NCBI RefSeq assembly: GCF_041956535.1
Contig: NW_027192191.1
Span: 1,375,443-1,439,442, forward strand
Origin: Calcarisporiella thermophila CBS 279.70
Taxonomy: Eukaryota > Fungi > Calcarisporiellomycota
DNA: 64,000 nucleotides
Direction: 5' to 3'
The notes beneath the pieces were generated by a model. It did no database searches and was not told the DNA's origin. It worked only from the letters and a program-made list of their open reading frames with translations. Position 1 is the first letter of the stretch. Every line of letters starts with the position of its first letter. Made by a program: the position numbers and the translations under genes. Of this stretch, positions 53,843 to 64,000 are shown piece after piece.

Positions 53843-56800
53843 TTAGAATGAGAACAAATTTTTTTCCTGCTCATAACCTAATTCTTCCAGCATAGGGAGG
53901 ACCGATTTATCAATCATCGCCGGAGGACCGCACACAAACGCGCCATGACGCTCGGAGGGCTCGAAGAGGTGCTCTTTCATCATGGATTTGGTGACGTGAC
54001 CAATATCATATTTCCACTCTATATTTTTGGGCTTTTCGCTAACCGTATACCATATCTTAATTCTAAAAGCAAAGGGAAAGAATGGATAATTAATAATCAA
54101 TTGTCATTTTCTATCACTTTCTTTCTCAAAAAAGTGAATCTTACCGGCTGGGATAATCTTTTTGAATTGCATCCAATTCTTCTCGGCATAAAATGTCATT
54201 TACTGACGTGTTGGCGAAAATGAGAGAGAGCATTGTGCGATCTTTTTGATCCTTTAAAACTCGATGCACAAGTTGATAGATAGGTGTAATTCCTATTAAG
54301 AGAGTTAGCAAATTTTTAATATAGAGATACTATGGATATATTACCAGTTCCGCCCGCAACCAGTGAAAGAACATCAAAGTGCTTTTCCTCTCCCTCGGTT
54401 TTATAGCGTCCATTACCTAAATACTCAATGCCACCTTCAGGCCCCTTAACTTCGACAGCATCGCCAATATCGAGCGAATCGAGTGCATTGGTTAAGATAC
54501 CGCCCGGAGGGAACTTGGGATCAATATTTGGCATATATATCTTGATAATGCAATCGAACGTGCCCTATCATCGTACTGACTATATTAATAATGTGAAAGA
54601 AGTAATAAAATAAAAATAGCATTACATCATCATCTTCAGGAGTCACGGGGCGTACTGGTGTATAAGGTCGCACTACCATACGATCTTTGAAGTGAATGCC
54701 CAGTTGAATATGCTTTCCGACTGGAAGTCCAAGCTGCGTCCTCTCTTCGGGCAATTTGAAGGTAAATCGACGAGTGTTCCAAGTGATGTCTTCCTTTTTG
54801 ACAAGTGTGACAGGCAGCCATCGATGCCTATGAAGTGCAATACGTTTGTCTATTTATGGGACAAAGTTGTTTTAGCATTTTTGAGTTATATTCTGGAAAT
54901 GTTAATTACCCTGTGGTGTGATTTTTTCGTCACCCTTCTTTTCTTCTTTCTTCTGACTTTTGCCGTGTTTCTCTTTGGCTACCTTTCCAATTAAATATTT
55001 TTGGGTCATTTTACGCGCTTGAGTATCATGTATAGAATCGAATTCCTCAGATGCATCCTTGCCAGCATTTGCCAGCAGTGGATGCGGTCCTAAGACCAAA
55101 GAGATTTCTAGTTATAAAATTGATTAACTCGACAATTGATAGTTTACCTCCTGGGTGTTCATTTAAGAACGACGTGACATCATACACTTTGTTATCTATA
55201 ATGATCCAGCAGTCCTTATCTGAATTATGTTTCTTAATCGTGTCGATATGATATTCTTTCTGGGGTACTGCTGCTTCTTGCAATTTTGCTTCGATCTGTT
55301 GTTCCAGTGAAGGCTGCATCCATCCACCCTTTCCACTTCCAGGTTCCACAGGGTGTTGGAATATAAACCGCGATTCTTCTGTAGTTTCATCCGCTAATTC
55401 CACACTTATTCTGACTCGATATATTGAGTTGTTCATCATGCCCATGAGGTTCCACATTGGCTCTGTGTGCTGTGTATTCTCTCGTGCGTCAAACGCACGT
55501 ACCATAATTTCTCGGCAATTTAGTAAGCCAATTAGGTCTACCTCACGCTCCCAGTGGCACCAAGTCCAATATCTACCATTTCGTAAAGGTTTATCAATGA
55601 ACTTTCGCCAACAATAATGCCAGGTCTCGCCTCCATCTAGCGATATTTCAACTCTGTTTACTTGACTACCTCCTCCACTATAGTCAAATAATCAATTAAA
55701 ATTTTCCCAATTTGGGTAGATACTCTTTCGCACTAACCAGTACGCATAACCTCGAATTGTGTATACCGCCTTTTTACCAGATTTCTTACACAAGTTGCTA
55801 AGTAATATTTGCTCGTTGTGGGCCGGATGAGTTATTACAGATTGAAGAGTGTGCTCTACCAAAAAGGTACGTGGAGTCAAAGATTAGAGTGGCAGCTAAT
55901 GATAAATGCTTCTCCTATTTACCATATAAGATGGTATGAGGTGAATACCACCATTTTTCTTTCTCAGCTTGTACGTCACTTAAAACGTGAGATGGCAGTA
56001 CTCTAAAAGAAAAAAAAATACATCAGCTAATATTACAATTGTACAATTGAGAAATGTTACCGGTTATCATGATAATGATAATAATTATCTGACTCTTGCT
56101 CACTCACGATAATCTTAGTTAACCATTTCACACTTCTTCCTCCTATAAAACCAGGAATAAGCACCCTGATAGGATATCCATGATCGGGACTCAATGGTGA
56201 TGAGTTCATCTCGTAGGCAAGCAATACATCGTTTCTCTCATTCAAGACATGAGATAAGGGGATACTTGTTGCGTAGTGACCATTGGGTAGTTTGTCCGCA
56301 CCTTCGAAGTGCACGAATTTGGCATTCATTTTAATTCCAAGTTCAAGCAAAATATCACGCAGGAGGCATCCACGCCAATAGGCAGTACTTATGGCACCTG
56401 AGCCCCAGTTGAAACCCTTGCTACGTCGAAGCATATTGAGCTCTTTCCGACGATTGCCATCACATGAAAGAGTGACAGGGATATGGATCCAATTACGGGA
56501 AACAATATCCTTCATAGCAAGTTCACAAGGCTTGTCAACTAGCCTTTAAAGATGATAAAAGTAAGCGACATTATCAATGAGAAAACCAACGAGTCAGAAT
56601 TATATACCCCTCAATCTTGATTTTATGTTCATCCCAATCAAGATTCGGCACGGAACCATGGTTACGCACGTAGTGTAGACTATTTGGAGTGATAAGGCCA
56701 TGGTCCATTAATTTGTGAAGTGGCGGTTCAGCATTTAGAGGATGTGATCCGGTAAGACGGATGAGATCTTTGTGTCGAGGAATCCAATTATCAGGTGTCT

Positions 56801-57501
56801 GTAAATTAGCAGTCAGTAAAATATATCATAAGAAGCAGAATAATTATGCCTACTGAACAAATACTTACATCTTGATCTTTATCATCGATTTCAAAAGTGC
56901 TCTCGACATTATAAACTGGCGATTTCTCGTTGAGACCATCATCTTCTTCAAATTTTGCAATATACTCAAATTCGCGTAGAGCGCGTTCATCTGGATGAAA
57001 GTCTTCTTCGGGCTTTTCTTCATATTTTGCCTTATTTTCCTCTCTACTCCCCTCTCTCTCTTTTTCGTCAGTTTTCTCACTTCTTGATTTATTATCCTTT
57101 TTTGCAGCCTGCTCTTTCTCTTCATCCGCCTTTTTATATCCCGGATACTCATTTGGGTGGAAGTCAGTCTTACCTATTAAAGTGATAAAAGGTAACTGTT
57201 AGACTTAGGAGAGATCAGAACGATTAAACTTCTAACAATTACCATTTTTACGGTCCTCTTCCAATTGTTTTTGCAACTCCTTTTGTCTTTTCAAACGCTC
57301 TTCCAACTCTTCGTTTTTCTTGTTTATATCTTCAATGGCAGAGTCGTAAGTGATTCGGTGTGCATTTGCGGAGAAATGGTGGTGCGATAAGTTCCGCACA
57401 CTTATCCATTCTGCATTGTTACTAGCATTAGTGTTGGGGCCATCTCGTTTATTGTTGTCCTTTTTTGAATTTGATTTGTTATAATCGATTGGCTCTGGCA
57501 T
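53843..57501 (-). CDS. niaD: Eukaryotic NAD(P)H nitrate reductase (Moco + dimerisation + cytochrome b5 + FAD/NAD domains) with charged N-terminal extension
   Basis: RLTGSHPLNAEPP, HYVRNHG, CDGNRRKELN, DHGYPIR..IPGFIGGRSVKW, WNLMGMMNN, b5 HPGG, RPYTP, AGGTGITP, CGPP. Confidence 0.9.
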
Positions 57502-57940
57502 TATCAATTGCGACAATGTAAAACGACCATTTCAAAGCGGAGGAAACAATATTAAGTGGCGAAAATTGCCGAGAATTTTGGCGTATTAGTTACGCGACTA
57601 ATTTTCTATAATAATTAAAATTTGAATTTGATACTACCAAAAAGGAAATAAACTCATCGTCTTATAATCTTTTGATACTTTTATATTTCATTTTAAATAT
57701 ACTTTTTGAGTGACGCCTCTAAAAGCTAAATAGAAGACAGCTCGAGCACCTCTGTAGTAATATGAATGTTTTAGCCACACCTGCTTAGTTTCACTAGCTA
57801 ATCTGTCGATTATACTCTAATACAGGAACTTACCTAGAAGAATGATAGAAGTCACAAAAAATAAACAAAAATCGTAGTCACAATCACTCTCAAAATTCTC
57901 GCTAGTAAGATCCGCTTGACTTTCATCCACAAACCGGAAA

Positions 57941-60900
57941 ATGGTGAAGAAGGTCATCGATCCTAGGATACACACACTTATCAAGAATGGTGTTCAAAAT
58001 AAACACCGTACATTCTTTGTTGTTGTGGGTGATAAGGGCAGAGACCAAGTGGTAAACTTGCACTGGTTGCTCTCTCAAGCGCAAGTGAGTTCGCGGCCGT
58101 CAGTTTTGTGGTGCTATAAAAAGGAACTTGGGTTCACAAGGTTAGTAGCAATGCTGTTTTTGATGTCTTGATTGATTTTCTCTTACATCATATAAAAATA
58201 TAGTCACCGTAAAAAGCGTGAAGCAAAGATAAAAAAGGAAATCAAGCGTGGTATTCGAGAAGCTAATACGGAAGATCCATTTGAACTCTTTGTTGCCGTG
58301 ACAAATATTCGGTACTGTTACTATAAGGAAACTCAGAAGATCCTAGGTAATACCTATGGCATGTGTATTTTACAGGTATGCTTTTTTAGAGCAATGGGTC
58401 TACCTCAATTATTAAATGCCAATTACTCTCCTGGATTAGGATTTTGAGGCTTTGACCCCAAACTTGCTGGCGAGAACTATTGAGACGGTAGAGGGAGGAG
58501 GAATTGTTGTGCTTTTACTTAAAACAATGAATTCTCTCAAGCAGCTCTACACGATGACTATGGTACCCTGCTCGCTTTTTTAAGTTGTTTGGAAATAGCC
58601 ATATTAATCGATTTTGTAGGATGTGCACTCACGCTATCGCACTGAGTCCCACCACGATGTCGTAGCTCGATTTAATGAACGATTTATACTCTCCCTCGGC
58701 TCATGCGAGAACTGCTTGGTTGTTGACGACGAATTGAATGTTTTACCCATTTCTGCTGGTAAAAACGTGAAGCCGTTGCCTCTCAAGACTCCAGTATGCA
58801 CTCTCTTAGCTCCTTTCTTTTATTCAGTTAACTCCAACTTTCTACATTTAGGATGAGCAATTAACTGAATCTCAGCGAGAACTCAAAGAGCTTAAGGATT
58901 CTCTTGCCGAAACGCAGCCTGCTGGTTCACTTGTTGCTACAGCACGAACTCTCGACCAAGCTAAGGCTATTCTAACGTTTATTGAGGCCATATCCGAGAA
59001 AACTCTCCGTAGCACCGTTACATTAACTGCCTCTCGTGGTCGTGGTAAATCTGCTGCACTGGGGATTGCAATTGCGTCAGCCGTTGCGTTCGGCTATTCG
59101 AACATTTTTGTAACTTCTCCCAGCCCTGAGAACTTGAAGACATTATTTGAATTTATCTTCAAAGGCTTCGATGCCCTCAAATACGAAGAGCATTTGGACT
59201 ACGATATTGTGCAGAGTACAAACCCGGCATTTAATAAGGCAATTGTACGAGTGAATATTTTCAGGCAACACCGACAAACTATTCAGGTATGATAATGTTT
59301 TGGAGACACCAGGAATTGTGTACTGACTGTCTTTGTCTGTCCTTTTTTATTATTTCAACAAAATATCATAGTATATCCAACCTCAAGATGCTCATACTCT
59401 TGGTCAAGCTGAGCTCGTCGTTATCGACGAGGCTGCTGCCATTCCGCTTCCCTACGTTAAGAAGCTTCTTGGTCCTTACCTGGTGTTTATGGCTTCAACC
59501 ATCAATGGCTACGAAGGTACTGGCCGCTCTCTTTCTTTGAAGCTCATCCAACAATTGCGCGAGCAATCTCGCGGGTTTGTTGGGAAGGTGAATGGGACTT
59601 CTAACGAGCACGGCACGGTCGTGAGCCGAGAGGGTAAAGAAGTCAAGCAGTCCGCGGAGGGAGTTACCGGCGGAGTAGCCGGAGGGCGTACCCTTCGAGA
59701 GATCAAGCTCGACGAGCCGATCAGATATAATCCCGGAGATCACGTAGAGAAGTGGCTCAACAAGCTGCTGTGTCTAGATGCCACTGCTGTTTCCAAAAAC
59801 ATCCAAGGCTGCCCACATCCTTCAGAGTGCGAGCTCTTCTACGTGAATCGCGATACTTTGTTCAGCTTCCATCCCGTGAGCGAAGTTTTTCTACAGCGAA
59901 TGATGGCTCTCTATGTCGCAAGCCACTATAAGAATACCCCCGATGATCTACAGCTTATGAGCGATGCACCCGCCCACCACCTCTTTGTGCTGCTCCCACC
60001 CATTCCAGAGGGAAGCCAAACTCTACCTGATCCATTGTGTGTGATTCAAGTGTGTTTGGAAGGTGAGATCTCGAAACAGACTGTACTGAACAGTCTGGCG
60101 AAAGGTGTGCGGGCAGGAGGAGATTTGATTCCATGGCTAATTGCACAACAGGTTTTGTATTCTCTAAAACATTCATTTCAACCCAACCACATCCTCTAAT
60201 ACCAGGTATAATTCTTCTTGCAGTTCCAAGATGATGATTTTGCTTCGCTCTCTGGCGCTCGTGTTATCCGCATTGCCACCCACCCCGACTATAGTAGCAT
60301 GGGCTACGGGTCACGCGCTCTTGAACTCTTGACTAAATTTTACCAAGGCGACTTTACTAACCTGAGGGAGAGTGACGAGTTAATGGGTGACGATGAGATT
60401 GTACGGGTAACTGATAAGGAGCTAGAGGTAAGAACTAGACTTATTTATTGCTTATTATTGTTTTGTATCGGAATATATATTTATACTTGTATTATGTAGA
60501 ATGTTACTCTGCAATCAGATGATATCCGCGTACGTGATCCTCGAAAGATGCCTCCTCTTCTGCTGAAGCTTTCGGAAAAGCGACCGGATCTTCTACACTA
60601 TATTGGCGTTTCTTACGGACTTACACAACAACTTCACAAGTAAATTGGATATTGTTTTCATCATCTTTGAATATGTATTGAGTTTATTTATTTTGCATTA
60701 TTTTTAGGTTTTGGAAAAAAGCTGGTTTCATCCCTCTCTATTTGCGACAAACTACTGTAAGTTGACGTGAGGGTTATGTTGTAGGGCTTTCCTTTTGCTA
60801 ATACCATCACCATTTCTTTAGAATGCTTTGACAGGAGAACACACCTGCGTGATGCTAAAGGTGCTCAAGAATGAAATTCTAGAAACCCAAACATCAAATG

Positions 60901-62145
60901 ACTGGCTGGATGCCTTTTCAAAGGGTAATTATCTCTACACTTTATCCGCCTAGAGAAATAATTGTAATTCCTAATCTTTCTATTTTTTTCAGATTTCCGC
61001 AAGCGGTTTATGTCCCTTTTATCCTATCAATTCCGTAGCTTCTCTGCCCTTCTTTCACTTAGTATCATGGAGGCGGCAGATGCTGGGAAATCAAAAACGA
61101 CTAAGTCTAGCCAATGTAAATACTCATGCTCTTAACCGTATCGACCTATTCTAATTTTTCTCTATTGTCTCGCCTCCTCTCCTTTTTTTTAAAAATATTA
61201 GTGCTCACCAAGCCGGAACTTTCTCAGCTTTTCTCTCCATATGATCTCAAACGTCTAGAGTCCTATGCAAACAACATGCTTGACTACCACGTTATCCTGG
61301 ATCTTTTACCAAAAATGGCCGAGCTTTACTTCCAGCGCCGCATGGCATCCAATATCCAACTTTCTGGAGTACAAAGTTGTATTCTGCTAGCAATTGGCTT
61401 GCAGCGCAAGTCGGTGGATGATGTAGAGGTAAGCTGTCCCCAGATGAGGAGATTTTAACGTGTGTTAATATGGCCCATGTTTCAAAATTGCATAGAGTGA
61501 GCTAGCGATACCTGGAAGCCAAGTCCTAGCTCTTTTCATTAAGATAATGCGAAAGTTCTCGAATTATTTCCGGGAGATCGAGGCGGAAGCTATTGCTGCT
61601 GAAATCCCCTCCGCATCCTCTGACACAGTACTCAATCGAGAAAAGAGCAAAGAGGATGGCGAGAGTGAAGGCAAGAAGAAAAATGTGGAGGACGAGGAGG
61701 AATGGGACCCTGTTCAGAAACCGCTCGATGAGGATTTAGAGGAGGCGGGCGATGAGGTCGTGAAAGGACTGCGTGAAAAGCAGCGGGAGCTGATTAATTC
61801 GCTGGATTTATCTCAGTGAGTTCACATCCCTCTTCTTTTTTATGAGTGCAATGTAGTTGATAGTTGTCAGATGAATAATATATATTGATACGGTTTCTCT
61901 CGTCTCTCTTCTTACTATTTGTATGTAGATATGCCATTGGTGGCAACGATGAAGAATGGAAGTCTGCAGAGGACCAAATCACCCAAACCATGGGAAAGAA
62001 AAACTCCTCTTCGGTTGTGAGCATCAAGAATCAGGCGAGCACGAAAAAGCGGAAGCCAACAGAGACAGCGGCCGAGATAGCAGCAAAAATGAAAAAGGCG
62101 AAGACGGGCAAATCAAAGATGAGCAAAAAGACGCGTCGGTCATAA
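57941..62145 (+). CDS. KRE33: RNA cytidine acetyltransferase NAT10/Kre33
   Basis: VLWCYKKELGF, QDFEALTPNLLARTIETVEGGG, TASRGRGKSAALG, IDEAAAIP, STINGYEGTGR, SHYKNTPDDLQL, RIATHP..MGYGSRA; ~13 introns. Confidence 0.96.
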
Positions 62146-62638
62146 AAAATGCATTCACATGTTTTAGACAATAAATTTAAATTATTAGAAAATATAAAGC
62201 GTAAAAGTAGCTGTTATAGGAAGGTGGCAGTGCTCTCGCGTTGTTACAAAAGCATAAACTTATAAAGCACCCCATTGCATTTCCCCGTGCAGCTTACACT
62301 TACTAATTAAAAATGTACACGCTCGTCGTCTTTTTTGTTATTCAAACATCAGCCGAGATGTACTCCGGTATTTCTTTTCCAATTATTTAAGGGAAAAGAC
62401 AATGGGCTAATTGTCATTGTATCTTTGCGAATGGAAATTTATGGCTGTGGCAATGCGCCAATTGTAACACGAGAAGTTTAATTCGTGCCAGTCTACCGCT
62501 CTAAGTTTATGAATACTACCAAAAGTAAAACTATTATCACCAACTAAATACTTTATTACAATTGTTGAATAAATTAACTATCAGCTCAAGACCAAGTTTG
62601 AATTAAGAAAAATGATAGCAGTAATCGGGAGAGGTGGC

Positions 62639-63503
62639 CTAGTTGGCCGAATACGTCACAGTAGGGATAAGCATCGTTGAAGTCGGGCCAGTTAGCGGTG
62701 GAAGGGTGACGTTGACAGGCAAATTCTTGCACTTGAGATTCCATTGCGAAAATGCACTTTCCGATTTTTCAGCGAGACTCCGGTACTCAGCATGTTCAAC
62801 TCGTCCATATGTTATCGTATAAGCCGCAACCTTCTGCATACAAGTGTTACAAAGCACTGACTCGGGCATATAGATGAGCATATCTTCCATCCTATATGGC
62901 GAGAGGATGCCATCATCGCTGGGGCGTAGTTCTGAAACGGTGACAAAAGTGCCGCGAGTGTATTGAGTTATATTAAGGTAAAGCCGCAGAGTGAAAATGG
63001 GACAGTAGGTGCCATCCTCCGATTTTCCACAAGCTAACGATAGAGGAAAATGAGTCCAGCGTAGCAGGAGAGAATCATAGAGAATGGGATAAAGTAAGGA
63101 AAGAGAGCCTACCAAAGTCCCTGAAAGTAGGCAGCTCTAGATAGCGATTTAGGGCGTAAGTAACGGTCTGGGATTTTGCCGCAATTTCCGCTGCACACGC
63201 CTTTTGTACAGCTTCTACTGCACTCTTCACCTCATCCATTGGGCAATACTCGAAACTCGCACAGTATGCATCATAAGCTGCCTTTGCAGTGGCCGGGTTT
63301 GCAGAGAGCGTATCTGCAACTTTTGGTAAATTGCGAGGGAAGCAGTTGCCTCGAAAACGTTCGTTGTTTCTCAAACTGTTTAAACTGTTGTCGCATTCGA
63401 CGGACAAAATTGCCACCTGGCGTTTGCTAGGTGCAGCGCCAGCATCAAGAACACACACCGCTGCGAGGACAAGAGTTAACAAAAGAAGCGCATCGAACTT
63501 CAT
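62639..63503 (-). CDS. Secreted Cys-rich protein of unknown function (one intron 63034-63112)
   Basis: Signal peptide MKFDALLLLTLVLAAV, KR site, spliced RDF|ACGKSEDGTYC, LCNTC, Thr/Pro tail. Confidence 0.75.
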
Positions 63504-64000
63504 AGCGGCTGAGGACTTAATAAATAATACGGGGAACAAGAAGTAAAGGCGGTGGAGAGATGCCCGCACATCAGCACGTTTTATGTGGCCCGTTAGTGGC
63601 AGTGACTCCCTTTTAAGCTGAATAATTTAACTCTACAGCCACCAAACTTCCAACCATTGGGGGTTGGTGAAATTCTAACTGCAACGATAAACGGATTGAA
63701 AACCATCCGACGTCTGAACCATTTTGAAGGATTGGATGATTCGGGAGGCTATGCTTACCGGATTCAATATTGAAAAAGACCATGATCTCTGTGAAATACT
63801 TTAGTGCAACAATAGTGCGTAAAACATTGAAAATATTGTGTAAAAGAGCTACGAGGCACATAAAGTGCTTTGGGGAACAAAATAAGGAGACAAGCCTAAG
63901 TCCGAGGGGTTGCATGCAAAAGTAAATTTAAATAGAGAGTTCAAAATTTGAACTTTCTTGATTTATTCAAGAGTAAGGCTTTAAATATTCGACGTCACAA

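Noticed and set aside
63034-63115. Overlapping ORFs suggesting a frameshifted pseudogene
   Set aside because: A canonical 79-nt intron explains the frame change

Overview
Gene-dense, intron-rich eukaryotic DNA with short (mostly 55-90 nt) GT-AG introns. The gene content (MMAA, UVSSA, a U12-type intron, fungal-type histones and nitrate reductase) points to an early-diverging fungus, probably Mucoromycota-like; that placement is inference. About 27 protein-coding genes can be reconstructed: MED13 (3'-partial), UBA3, dUTPase, a conserved unknown protein, UVSSA, a contiguous H2A-H2B / H4-H3 histone quartet, MMAA/MeaB, SFT2, Lunapark, ERV41-like, GILT, VPS17-like, CRD1, an RlpA/expansin-like protein, RRP1, a ~2,790-aa CH-CH-helical rod-GAS2 protein, UNC-50, UCH-L3/YUH1, nitrate reductase, NAT10/KRE33, and several orphan secreted or disordered proteins. 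Best leads: (1) a fungal spectraplakin-like actin-microtubule crosslinker; (2) a minor-spliceosome (U12-type) first intron in MED13; (3) the histone quartet, whose two bidirectional promoters carry paired CRCGAAA/ACGCG boxes and a mirrored TGCCGCAG-TATA motif; (4) a 49-bp TA-flanked hairpin resembling a minimal Tc1/mariner element. No tRNA, rRNA or CRISPR was recognised. All family assignments come from motif recognition, not database searches.
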